NCBI GenBank assembly: GCA_965262505.1
Contig: CBDHFM010000030.1
Span: forward strand, 1,803,244 to 1,867,243
Reading direction: 5' to 3'
Source of the DNA: Vicinamibacterales bacterium
GTDB lineage: Bacteria; Acidobacteriota; Vicinamibacteria; Vicinamibacterales; UBA2999
DNA: 64,000 bases
This document shows, one piece after another, positions 30,758 to 39,965 of the stretch. Position 1 is the stretch's first letter. The number at the start of each line of letters is the position of its first letter. A program made the position numbers and the translations under genes. The notes beneath the pieces are model-generated. The model was not told where the DNA came from, made no database searches, and saw only the letters and a program-made list of their open reading frames with translations.

Positions 30758-30848
30758 GGTCTCTGGGCTCTGGTCTTTAAGTCTTTGGTCTCTGGTGACC
30801 GGGACAAGACACTGGAGACCAAGGACCAGAGACCAGAGACCAAAGACC
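30758..30848. repeat. 7-bp tandem array forming an inverted pair
   Basis: GGTCTCT-type units followed by GGAGACC AAGGACC AGAGACC AGAGACC AAAGACC. Confidence 0.75.
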
Positions 30849-30861
30849 TTCGGAGGACGAT

Positions 30862-31461
30862 ATCGCTTACGACCGTTCGCCCCGACGTGACGATCGCGTG
30901 CGCACCAACGAGCGCATCCGGGTCCGCGAGATTCGGGTGATTGATGAAACCGGCGAACAGCTTGGTATCATGCCTCCCCCGCAGGCACTGGCCATCGCGA
31001 AGCAGAAAGGTCTCGACCTCGTCGAGATCTCTCCCACCGCGGCACCGCCCGTTTGCCGGATCATGGACTTCGGCCAGTACCAGTACCAGGAGCAGAAGCG
31101 GTCTCGCGAGGCCAGGAAGCACCAGCGGATCATCGAGGTCAAGGAGATCAAGTTCCGGCCGAAAGTCGACGTGCACGATTACGATTTCAAGAAGAAGCAC
31201 ATCGAGCGATTCCTGGCCGAGGGTGACAAGGTGAAGGCGACAATCTTCTTCCGCGGCCGCGAGATGGCGCATCCTGAAATCGGGCGCCGCATTCTCGAGC
31301 GGCTGATCGCTGAGCTGGCGGACGTCGCCATCGCCGAAACGATGCCACGGCAGGAGGGCAACCAGATGCACGTGATTCTCAGCCAGCGGGCCGGACGAAA
31401 ATCAGCGAAGCCGAAACCACAGGAGGTGGCTACCGAGCCGGCCGCGATCGCGAAAGAATAA
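30862..31461 (+). CDS. infC: Translation initiation factor IF-3, probable non-canonical ATC start
   Basis: [23 protein letters not shown] and [12 protein letters not shown]; SD GGAGG (30852-56) sits 5 nt before an in-frame ATC at 30862. Confidence 0.95.
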   Translation: MAYDRSPRRDDRVRTNERIRVREIRVIDETGEQLGIMPPPQALAIAKQKGLDLVEISPTAAPPVCRIMDFGQYQYQEQKRSREARKHQRIIEVKEIKFRPKVDVHDYDFKKKHIERFLAEGDKVKATIFFRGREMAHPEIGRRILERLIAELADVAIAETMPRQEGNQMHVILSQRAGRKSAKPKPQEVATEPAAIAKE

Positions 31462-31504
31462 GAGACGCCCAGAACCCAGGGCCTCAAGACTGAAGACAAA
31501 CACC

Positions 31505-31702
31505 ATGCCCAAGCTGAAGACACATCGGGGCGCTGCGAAGCGTTTCAAGAAGACCGGAACCGGCAAGATCGTCCGGGCGAGCGCGTTCAGGCGCCATATC
31601 CTGACGAGCAAGACCACGAAGTCGAAGCGACAGATGCGCGGCACCCGGGAAGTGGACCCAGCGGACGCGCCCAAGCTGCAGCGGATGCTGCCGTACAAAT
31701 AA
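31505..31702 (+). CDS. rpmI: 50S ribosomal protein L35
   Basis: [21 protein letters not shown]...RHILT. Confidence 0.97.
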   Translation: MPKLKTHRGAAKRFKKTGTGKIVRASAFRRHILTSKTTKSKRQMRGTREVDPADAPKLQRMLPYK

Positions 31703-31729
31703 GTCAAGGGACGAGGTTTAGACAGCGAG

Positions 31730-32101
31730 ATGCCCAGAGTAAAACGAGGAACGGTTCGTCGCGCCAAACGGAAGAAGCTGCTCGCCCGCGCGAAGGGCTA
31801 CTACCAGACCAAGAGCAAGCTGTACCGTTCGGCGAAGGAATCGGTCGACACCGCGGGCAAGTACGCCTTCGTCGGACGCAAGAGGAAGAAGCGCGACTAC
31901 CGGCGGTTGTGGGTCGTGCGGATCAACGCGGCCGCTCGGGAGAACGGCACCACGTACTCCCAGTTGATGCGCGGGCTGAGGACGGCGGGCGTCACGCTCG
32001 ACCGGAAGATGCTGGCCGATATGGCCGTCACCCAGTCCGCAGCGTTCGCCCGGGTGGCGGCGCAGGCCAAGGCCGCGCTTCCCACCCCAGCGAATGCCTG
32101 A
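31730..32101 (+). CDS. rplT: 50S ribosomal protein L20
   Basis: MPRVKRG...AKGY...[12 protein letters not shown]...LDRKMLAD. Confidence 0.97.
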   Translation: MPRVKRGTVRRAKRKKLLARAKGYYQTKSKLYRSAKESVDTAGKYAFVGRKRKKRDYRRLWVVRINAAARENGTTYSQLMRGLRTAGVTLDRKMLADMAVTQSAAFARVAAQAKAALPTPANA

Positions 32102-33185
32102 ACCCGTCGACCGATCCGCCATCGAGACGCTGCGCGCGGGTTTCCGTGCGCGGTTCGCCACCACCGCCACCGACCGCGACCTCCAAGCACTGAACGACGA
32201 CTTTCTGGGCCGGCGGAACGGCTCGGTGACGGCGCTCCTCAAGAGCCTCGCGACCGTTCCCGCCGAGGCGCGCCGCGAGTTCGGCCAGCTCGTCAACACC
32301 CTCAAGAGCGACATCGAATCGGCGATTCACGACAAGCGCGCCGCGATCGATTCCGCGCGCCCACCCGCCGGCGCCGTCGACGTCACGCTCCCCGGCCGGG
32401 AGATTCCCGTTGGGCGCATCCATCCGTTGACGGGTGTCCGTCAGCAGGTCGAGGATATTTTCGCGCGCATGGGCTACGAGATCCTCGAGGGGCCGGAAGT
32501 CGAGGACGACTATCACAACTTCGAAGCGCTCAACATGCCGCCCGAGCATCCGGCGCGCGACATGCAGGACACGCTGTACCTGGGTGTGCCGATTGCCGGC
32601 GGCACGTGGGGCGCGCATACGGGACGCCTTCCCGAGGCGCAGGTCCGTGCGGCCACGCTCCTCCGTACGCACACGTCGGCCATGCAGATCCGCTACATGA
32701 AGACGTTTCCCCCACCGGCCCGGCTCATCGTTCCGGGGCGCGTGTACAGGCGGGACAACCTCGACCTGAGCCACACGCCCATGTTCCAGCAGGTCGAAGG
32801 CCTCGTCGTAGGGACCGGCATTACGCTCGCCGATCTGAAGGGCACCTTCGAGACCATGCTGCGCGAATTGTTCGGCGACGTGCGGGTGCGTCTGCGCCCA
32901 AGCTTTTTCCCCTACACCGAGCCGAGCGCGGAGATCGATATCAGCTGCCGGAGCTGCGGCGGCGCCGGGTGCGGCACGTGCAAGCACACTGGTTGGATCG
33001 AGATCCTCGGCAGCGGCATGGTGCATCCGGCCGTGTTCGAGGCCGTCGGCTATGACCCGGAGCAGGTCACGGGCTTTGCCTTCGGCATGGGGATGGAGCG
33101 GGTCGCGATGCTGAAGTACGGGGTCGACGACATCCGGCTCTTCTACGAAAACGACCTGCGGTTTCTGGAGCAGTTCCCGCTGTAA
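32094..33185 (+). CDS. pheS: Phenylalanyl-tRNA synthetase alpha subunit
   Basis: [32 protein letters not shown] and [10 protein letters not shown]. Confidence 0.98.
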   Translation: MPEPVDRSAIETLRAGFRARFATTATDRDLQALNDDFLGRRNGSVTALLKSLATVPAEARREFGQLVNTLKSDIESAIHDKRAAIDSARPPAGAVDVTLPGREIPVGRIHPLTGVRQQVEDIFARMGYEILEGPEVEDDYHNFEALNMPPEHPARDMQDTLYLGVPIAGGTWGAHTGRLPEAQVRAATLLRTHTSAMQIRYMKTFPPPARLIVPGRVYRRDNLDLSHTPMFQQVEGLVVGTGITLADLKGTFETMLRELFGDVRVRLRPSFFPYTEPSAEIDISCRSCGGAGCGTCKHTGWIEILGSGMVHPAVFEAVGYDPEQVTGFAFGMGMERVAMLKYGVDDIRLFYENDLRFLEQFPL

Positions 33186-33209
33186 GAGAAACGCTGTGAG
33201 AAAACCGCT

Positions 33210-35303
33210 GTGAAACTTCTTGTCTCGTGGCTACGGGAATTTGTTGATGTCTCCGACTCGCCCGAAGACATGGCGCGCGCCATGTCGGTGCGTGGGTTTG
33301 CCCTGGAGAGCATCGAGCCGCTCGCGGACGGCGATGCCGTCCTCGATTTCGAGATCACGGCCAACCGGCCTGACTGCATGTCGGTTACGGGGATGGCCCG
33401 TGAAGTGGCCACCGCGTACGGCCTGCCGATCCATGGTGCAGGGCGGCTCGCGGCTGAACCTTCGCCTGCACCCGACCCACGTCCGCCGGGTGCCAGGAAG
33501 GCAGGCGCCGCCGCAGGCGCACGCGCCGGGATCGACGCCGGGATCGACATCGTCATCGAAGATGCCGCCCTGTGCCCGCGCTACGCCGGTGCCGTGGCGG
33601 ACGTGCGCGTGGGGCCGTCTCCCCCCTGGATGCAGACGCGCCTGCAGGCAGCCGGCGTCCGTCCTGTCAGCAACATTGTCGACGTCACCAACTACGTGCT
33701 GCTCGAGCTGGGCCAGCCGATGCACGCCTTCGACCTCGCCAAGCTGGCCGGTGCGCAGATTCGTGTCAGGACCGCCCGGACCGGCGAGACGCTCCGCACG
33801 CTCGACGGTCAGGCACGCGAGCTCTCCCCGGACATACTGGTAATCGCCGACGCGGAGCGCGCAACCGCGGTCGCCGGCGTGATGGGCGGCGCCGATTCGG
33901 AAGTAACGAGCGGGACCGCGGCGATCGTGATCGAGAGCGCCTACTTCAATGCCCTGTCGGTCCGGCGGGCGAGCAGGGCACTGGGACTGAGGACGGAAGC
34001 GAGCATGCGGTTCGAGCGCGGTGCGGACCCAGACCTGCCCGTCACGGCCATGGCGAGAGCGGCGGCGCTGCTCGAGTCGATCGGTGCGGGCCGCGTGCGA
34101 GGGGCGGTTGTCGATCGCTATCCGAAGCGCCTCGAGCCGCGTCTCCTTCGACTGCGCCGCGCCAGACTGGCAGCCGTGCTGGGCGCGGCCATTCCGGACG
34201 CGGATGTCTGCCGTATCCTCGAAGGACTCGGCTTTACGTTGCGTGACGCGCGGGACGGCTGGAAGGTCGAGGTACCGACCCGCCGCGTCGACGTGACGCG
34301 TGAGATCGACGTGATCGAAGAGGTCGCGCGCCATTACGGGTTCGACCGCCTGCCGGTCACCTTTCCTGCCCTCACCGCCGCGCCACGGCCGCTCGATCCG
34401 AGAATCCAGCGGGCGAGGCAATTGCGCGAGATCCTGACGGCGGCCGGTTTTTCCGAGGCGGTGACGTTTGGCTTCCTGGCGGAAGCGGCGGCTGCTCCCT
34501 TCGCCGCCGACGGCGACATCGTGCCGATTGCCAATCCGCTCTCCGAGAGCTTCGCCGTGTTGCGCCCGTCAGCGGTTCCCGGCCTTATCGACGCCGTGGC
34601 GCACAACCGCCGGCGCGAACGACGCGACGTCAGGCTGTTCGAGATCGGCGCCCGCTTCCTGCGCGCGAGTGGCGAGCGTCAGGCGCTGGCCTGCGCCTGG
34701 ACTGGACTGGCGGCCTCCGAGCACGTGAGCGGCAGCGGCCGCGACGTCGATTTCTTCGACATGAAAGCGGTCGTAGAGCGCGTCTGCGAGGTCGCGGGCG
34801 TGGCGATCGAAACGGCGCCGCATCGTGTGGGATGGCTCGTGCCGGGTCGATGCGGGGTCGCGAGCGCCAACGGGACGCGGATCGGGATCCTGGGCCAGCT
34901 CACCCGCGACCTCACACACGCACACGGGTTGCCGGACGAGCCTGTCTACGTCGCCGATATCGACCTCGATGCGCTCGAGCAGGTGGGCGCGGGGCGCCGG
35001 ATCCGGATCGAGCCACTGCCCAGGTATCCCACGGTCACACGCGATATTTCAGTGCTCCTCGATGACACGCTGGCTGCTGCCGACGTGCGGCAAACGATCC
35101 GCGGTGCCGCACCGACGACGCTCGTCCGGATAGTCGAATTCGATCGATACCGGGGCAAGGGAATTCCCGATGCCAAAGTAAGTCTGTCGCTGCGCCTCAC
35201 GTTCCGGTCATCTGACAGAACCCTTACCGATGCAGAGGTCCAGGCGGCGATGGACCAGGTACTCGCCGCGCTCGAAGCCCGTCACGGCGCGGTCCAGCGC
35301 TAG
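33210..35303 (+). CDS. pheT: Phenylalanyl-tRNA synthetase beta subunit, short form
   Basis: EITANRPDC, VDVTNYV..ELGQPMHAFD, SMRFERG, DVIEEVARHYG, RDIS..SLSLRLTFRS..RTL; 697 aa with no B2 OB-fold. Confidence 0.95.
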   Translation: MKLLVSWLREFVDVSDSPEDMARAMSVRGFALESIEPLADGDAVLDFEITANRPDCMSVTGMAREVATAYGLPIHGAGRLAAEPSPAPDPRPPGARKAGAAAGARAGIDAGIDIVIEDAALCPRYAGAVADVRVGPSPPWMQTRLQAAGVRPVSNIVDVTNYVLLELGQPMHAFDLAKLAGAQIRVRTARTGETLRTLDGQARELSPDILVIADAERATAVAGVMGGADSEVTSGTAAIVIESAYFNALSVRRASRALGLRTEASMRFERGADPDLPVTAMARAAALLESIGAGRVRGAVVDRYPKRLEPRLLRLRRARLAAVLGAAIPDADVCRILEGLGFTLRDARDGWKVEVPTRRVDVTREIDVIEEVARHYGFDRLPVTFPALTAAPRPLDPRIQRARQLREILTAAGFSEAVTFGFLAEAAAAPFAADGDIVPIANPLSESFAVLRPSAVPGLIDAVAHNRRRERRDVRLFEIGARFLRASGERQALACAWTGLAASEHVSGSGRDVDFFDMKAVVERVCEVAGVAIETAPHRVGWLVPGRCGVASANGTRIGILGQLTRDLTHAHGLPDEPVYVADIDLDALEQVGAGRRIRIEPLPRYPTVTRDISVLLDDTLAAADVRQTIRGAAPTTLVRIVEFDRYRGKGIPDAKVSLSLRLTFRSSDRTLTDAEVQAAMDQVLAALEARHGAVQR

Positions 35304-35375
35304 CTGGCGAGGCCGGCCTTCGTGCTACCATTCGGCGCGGCGGCACTCTCATATCCCCATAGCGAGGCGGCACGG

Positions 35376-35651
35376 ATGGCAAAGCAGGCGACAGCCCGTA
35401 CGACCGACCTCGATCCGGTCGATCGGCTCGAGGACAAGATCAAGCTGCTCGTACAGATGGTGACACGGCTTCGCGGAGAGCAGGCACAGGCCGCCGAAGA
35501 CCACGCGCGGCTCGCGCAGGAAATCGACACGCTCCGCGCACGCCTCGGTACCGCCAAGGGCGCCCAGGAGGAACTCGACGCGTTGCGCGGCGAACGCGAC
35601 ACGATTCGCGGACGGGTCGCCGACATGCTGTCCCAGCTCGAGTCCATCTAG
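35376..35651 (+). CDS. zapB: ZapB-like coiled-coil cell-division protein
   Basis: DRLEDKIKLLVQMVTRL...RGRVADMLSQLE coiled coil immediately upstream of zapA. Confidence 0.75.
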   Translation: MAKQATARTTDLDPVDRLEDKIKLLVQMVTRLRGEQAQAAEDHARLAQEIDTLRARLGTAKGAQEELDALRGERDTIRGRVADMLSQLESI

Positions 35652-35667
35652 CATCAGAGGGTGTGCG

Positions 35668-35970
35668 ATGAAGAGCCTCGTCACCGTTGACATCTCGGGG
35701 CAGCGGTATCCGATCCGCAGCGGCCTCGACCCGGCGTACGTGACCGAGCTGGCCGCGTACGTCGACACGAAGATGCGCGCGGCCTCGGAAGCCGCTCCCT
35801 CCACTGACATGCTCGGGCTCGCGGTCCTCGTCGCCCTGAACCTGGCCGATGAGTGCTTCCGGGCCCGCCAGCAGGAGTCCTTTTCGCACGGCGAACTGCA
35901 CGAACGGGCGCTCCGCCTCGAGCAGCTCGTGGATACGGTCCTGGACGGCCCTGAGAATGCCCGGACTTAG
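35668..35970 (+). CDS. zapA: Cell division protein ZapA
   Basis: VDISGQRYPIRS, YVTELAAYVDTKM and AVLVALNLADE. Confidence 0.92.
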   Translation: MKSLVTVDISGQRYPIRSGLDPAYVTELAAYVDTKMRAASEAAPSTDMLGLAVLVALNLADECFRARQQESFSHGELHERALRLEQLVDTVLDGPENART

Positions 35971-36037
35971 GTGACCTGGGCGTGTGAGGAATCTCGTCAG
36001 AGCCAATAAAGTCTCTGTTCTTAAACACTTAGATAGC

Positions 36038-36066
36038 TTGACCGACTCCGGCACGCGGACTAAGAT
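36038..36066 (+). promoter_or_regulatory. Sigma70-type promoter of the 6S RNA
   Basis: TTGACC-17 nt-TAAGAT just upstream of the predicted RNA 5' end. Confidence 0.7.
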
Positions 36067-36071
36067 CGCCG

Positions 36072-36254
36072 AGGCTCCTGCTTTGCTCGTGAAGGTTTCG
36101 GAGGCTCGTCTGAGCCAACGTTCAACCCAAGTGAGCCGCGAGGTCGCGTGTTGTGCATGCCTCTGTTGCGAGGAAGCCTGAAGCGCGACTGACAACAGCG
36201 GCTCCACCTGCTTTGCAGGTTCACTCGACCTCCCCACACGGCAAAGCGGGGCTG
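36072..36254 (+). ncRNA. ssrS: 6S RNA
   Basis: About 180 nt directly after zapA (known synteny); ends pair (GCTCCTGCTTTGC / GCAAAGCGGGGC) into a long rod; own promoter. Confidence 0.85.
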
Positions 36255-36304
36255 TTCCTCCCCGCCTTGCGCCGAGTCCGGTGCGAGCCGCACGAAGTTC
36301 ATTC

Positions 36305-37318
36305 ATGATTGCACCGACGTCGCTGCAGAGTCACACCGTGTCCGACCTTGGCGAGCGCGCGCTCATTGCGCGCATCACCGCGCGACTGGCCACGCCTGCG
36401 TGGGTGGTCGTCGGACCTGGTGACGACGCGGCGGTGATCGAGCCGGAGCGCGGCGCGCTCGACGTGCTTACGACCGACACGCAGGTCGAGGGCGTCCACT
36501 TCGATCATCGCTTCGTGCCGCCGGACGCGATCGGCCACCGCGCGCTCGCCGTCAATCTGAGCGACCTCGCCGCGATGGGCGCGATGCCGCGCGCCGTGCT
36601 GCTGTCGCTCGTCCTCCCCGACGCGCTGGATGTGATCATCGTCGATGGCATGCTGGACGGTCTGCTGGCGCTCGCCTCCGCGCACAACGCGGTGGTCGTC
36701 GGCGGTAATATCTCGCGCACGCCAGGGCCGATGATGGTGGATGTGACAGCGGTCGGATCCGTGAGACGGCGCCGCCTGCTGACGCGGGCCGGTGCGCGGC
36801 CAGGCGATGGTGTCTACGTGACGGGAACCATCGGCGACGGATCCGTGGGACTGCGGTCACTGCAGACAGCACGTGGAGCCGCGCCCCACGCGTGCCAGGA
36901 GCGGTACCTGCGCCCGCAGCCACGCGTGCGGGCGGGCATGCTGCTTGGCCGGAATCGCGCGGCGTCCGCGTGCATCGACACGAGCGACGGGCTCGCCGAC
37001 GCCGTGCGGCGGGTGGCAGAGGCGTCACAGGTCGGCATCGCGCTCGACGGGAGCACTTTGCCCATTGGGGACGAGGCCCGCCGGTGGCATGACGCACACG
37101 GCGATAGTGTCGTCGACGCGGCGATCGGCGGCGGAGACGATTACGAGCTGCTGTTCACCGTACGGCCGGCGCACATGGGGCGCTTCCGCGACGTCCGGAA
37201 GAGGCTCGGCGGCCTGCCCGTGACGAAGATCGGCGTGGTGACGAAGGAGCGCCGTGTCACAATCCATTCTGAGGCCGGCGAGCGGCTCCTGCCGGAAGGG
37301 TTCGACCATTTTCGATGA
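36305..37318 (+). CDS. thiL: Thiamine-monophosphate kinase
   Basis: LGERALI, GPGDDAA, VEGVHF, NLSDLAAMG, GGNI, DTSDGL and GGDDYELLFT. Confidence 0.95.
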   Translation: MIAPTSLQSHTVSDLGERALIARITARLATPAWVVVGPGDDAAVIEPERGALDVLTTDTQVEGVHFDHRFVPPDAIGHRALAVNLSDLAAMGAMPRAVLLSLVLPDALDVIIVDGMLDGLLALASAHNAVVVGGNISRTPGPMMVDVTAVGSVRRRRLLTRAGARPGDGVYVTGTIGDGSVGLRSLQTARGAAPHACQERYLRPQPRVRAGMLLGRNRAASACIDTSDGLADAVRRVAEASQVGIALDGSTLPIGDEARRWHDAHGDSVVDAAIGGGDDYELLFTVRPAHMGRFRDVRKRLGGLPVTKIGVVTKERRVTIHSEAGERLLPEGFDHFR

Positions 37319-38082
37319 TACGACCAGTTCTCTCGCGATCGCTCTGGCGCAAACTGACCGTGGTGGCCGTCGCCGTCATCGGCTTCGTGCTGCTGTACGA
37401 GGTCAGTACGTTCGACTCGCGTGAAGCGGCACCGACGCAGCTGGTGAACCCCGCGCCGGTCGCGGGCAGCCGTCTCCTCTTCACGGCAACCGCGTACTGC
37501 AAGGGAACGACAACGGCCTCAGGCGTCCGCGTCCGCAGCGGAATCGCCGCCGCCGACCCGGCGATTCTGCCGCTCGGCAGTGTCGTCAGCATCACCACCG
37601 AGGACCCGAAGTACCAGGGTGTCTACACCATCATGGACACCGGCCCTGCCGTGCAGCGGCGCGTCGTGGATCTCTATATGTGGAGCTGTTACGAAGCGCT
37701 GGAGTTCGGACGGCAACAGATTGAGTTGACCGTGCTTCGCCTCGGCTGGGGCCCGGAGGCGAGCGCGCCGAGCCTCATCGATCGCCTGTTCCAGCGCCGT
37801 GAGGCGGCACGCGAGGCGGCGCCGCCTTCCCCACCCCCGGACGCCACGGGGGCGGCGGAAGCCCCCGAACCGCTGGAACCGGAAGAACCCGAGGACCCAC
37901 AGGAGCCCACCGGACCCGTGGAACCTGTGGAGGTCGCGGACCCCGTGGAACCTGCGGCAGTCGCTGAACCCGCAAGACCGCAGACTGATCCCACTCCAGT
38001 CGACGGCGGCGACGGCGAGGGCGAGGTGACGGTCCAGCCTGAAGCGGAGCCGGTCGCGGCCGAAGGCACACCCGTTCCCTAG
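37315..38082 (+). CDS. 3D-domain protein with Pro/Glu-rich tail
   Basis: N-terminal TM, then TATAYC, TASG, IAAADP..LPLGS and DTG.AV..VVDLYM. Confidence 0.85.
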   Translation: MIRPVLSRSLWRKLTVVAVAVIGFVLLYEVSTFDSREAAPTQLVNPAPVAGSRLLFTATAYCKGTTTASGVRVRSGIAAADPAILPLGSVVSITTEDPKYQGVYTIMDTGPAVQRRVVDLYMWSCYEALEFGRQQIELTVLRLGWGPEASAPSLIDRLFQRREAAREAAPPSPPPDATGAAEAPEPLEPEEPEDPQEPTGPVEPVEVADPVEPAAVAEPARPQTDPTPVDGGDGEGEVTVQPEAEPVAAEGTPVP

Positions 38083-38108
38083 CAGTCCGTGCGGCGAGCC
38101 TGCCGTGC

Positions 38109-39965
38109 CTAGGCCGGCGAGGTCACCGGGTTCGGCCCGCTGCTGGCGCCGCGGGTGGCACCCGACTCCGGGACCTTGAACTGCAGTTGATAGAGCCGAT
38201 GGTAGATGCCACGGGCCGCGAGCAGCTCCTGATGCGTGCCCGATTCGCGGAGCTGCCCCTTGTGCAGGACCAGGATGCGGTCCATCCCCTGAATCGTCGA
38301 CAGGCGATGGGCGATCGCAATCGTGGTGCGGCCGCGCATGACCACCTGGAGCGCGTCGCGGATCAAGAGCTCTGTCTCCGTGTCGACGCTCGATGTCGCC
38401 TCGTCCAGGATCAACACAGGCGGATCGAAGGCGAGCGCGCGTGCGAACGACAGAAGCTGTTTCTGTCCTACCGACAATGTGGCGCCCCGCTCCGCGACCG
38501 GCGTGGCCAGCCCGTGAGGCAGCCGGTCGATGAATCGGTCGGCGTTCACGGCCTTGACGGCGCGCCGCACGGCTTCGTCGTCGATTGCTTCGTCACCGAG
38601 CCGGACGTTGCTCGCGACCGTGCCGGAAAAGAGGTGCACATCCTGCAGCACGAGACCGAACAAGGCTCGTAGACGAGTCAGATCCATGTCACGGATGTCG
38701 ACGCCGTCGATGGTGATGCGGCCGCCTTGGACGTCGTAGAACCGCAGCAGCAGGCTGGCAATCGTCGACTTTCCCGCGCCCGTCGCGCCGACAATCGCCA
38801 CCCGCTGGCCGGGCTCCACACGGAACGACACGTCCCGCAGGACAGGCTCGCCGTCGACATAGGAAAAGGTGACCTGCTCGAAGGCGATAGCCCCGATGGT
38901 GTCGGCAGCAGTGCCGGCAGTGGCGCCGGAAGCGGGCGCAGGCGGGAGGACGGCTCTCGTGGTCGTCTCGATCTGCACGGGGGTATCCAGCAACGTGAAG
39001 ATGCGTTCGGACGAGGCCATCGCCCCCTGCAGGATGTTGAACTTCTCCGACATGTCGCTGATCGGCCGGAAGAAGCGCTGGGCGTACATGAGGAACGCCA
39101 CCAGCGACCCGAGCGTCAGCGTGCCTTCGATGACCGAACCGCCTCCTACCCAGAGAATCATCGCGGCCGCGAGCGCACTGACGATCTCGATGGCCGGGTA
39201 GAACACCGCGTAGAAGAAGATCGACCGCACGTTCGCATCGCGGTGCCGCCGGTCGATGTCGTCGAAGGCTGCGAAGTCACGTGCTTCACGGCGGAACAGA
39301 TGCACGGTCGCCATGCCCGTAATCCGCTCCTGCAGGTAGGCGTTGATCCGCGCAATCCAGGTCCGCACGGCCCGGTACGACTCGCGGACGTTGGACCGGA
39401 ACCACTGCGTAATCAGCGCGATGAGCGGCAGCACCGAAAACGCCACCAGCGCCAGGCGCCAGTCGAGCCAGATGAGGACGCCCATGATGCCGACCAGCGT
39501 GAACAGGTCGCCGACGACCGAGACGACGCCCGAGGTGAAGAGTTCGTTCAGGACATCAACGTCGGTCGTCACGCGGGTCATCAGGCGTCCGACTGGGTTC
39601 CGGTCGTAGAAGCGAAGATCGAGGCGCTGGAGATGGCCGTGCAGCTGCATCCGCAGGTCGAACATGATCCGCTGCCCGATCATTTGCAGCGTCGACGTCT
39701 CCAGGTACTCGAGTGCGAACGCTCCGGTCAGCGTGCCGAGAAACACGACGGCAACGATCCCAAGGCCGGAGAGGTCCCCGGCAGGGATGTAGCTGTCGAT
39801 GACCACCTTGGTCAGAAAGGGCGGCGCCAGCTCGAGGAGCGAGTGCGCGACGATCGCCGCGGCCGCGAGCGAGGCCTTGGCCCGGTACGGGTACAGATAG
39901 GTCAGGAGCCGCCGCATCAATCGCGCGTCGTACGCCTTGCCGATGACCTCGTCGTCGTGCGTCAT
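38109..39965 (-). CDS. ABC exporter, fused TMD-NBD subunit 2
   Basis: GATGAGKST, LSVGQKQ, ILDEATSS and AHRLST. Confidence 0.93.
   Translation of the reverse strand: MTHDDEVIGKAYDARLMRRLLTYLYPYRAKASLAAAAIVAHSLLELAPPFLTKVVIDSYIPAGDLSGLGIVAVVFLGTLTGAFALEYLETSTLQMIGQRIMFDLRMQLHGHLQRLDLRFYDRNPVGRLMTRVTTDVDVLNELFTSGVVSVVGDLFTLVGIMGVLIWLDWRLALVAFSVLPLIALITQWFRSNVRESYRAVRTWIARINAYLQERITGMATVHLFRREARDFAAFDDIDRRHRDANVRSIFFYAVFYPAIEIVSALAAAMILWVGGGSVIEGTLTLGSLVAFLMYAQRFFRPISDMSEKFNILQGAMASSERIFTLLDTPVQIETTTRAVLPPAPASGATAGTAADTIGAIAFEQVTFSYVDGEPVLRDVSFRVEPGQRVAIVGATGAGKSTIASLLLRFYDVQGGRITIDGVDIRDMDLTRLRALFGLVLQDVHLFSGTVASNVRLGDEAIDDEAVRRAVKAVNADRFIDRLPHGLATPVAERGATLSVGQKQLLSFARALAFDPPVLILDEATSSVDTETELLIRDALQVVMRGRTTIAIAHRLSTIQGMDRILVLHKGQLRESGTHQELLAARGIYHRLYQLQFKVPESGATRGASSGPNPVTSPA

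Noticed and set aside
30758-30848. Possible CRISPR array or L20 leader between thrS and infC
   Set aside because: Units are contiguous 7-mers without spacers, and no L20-leader features are recognisable.
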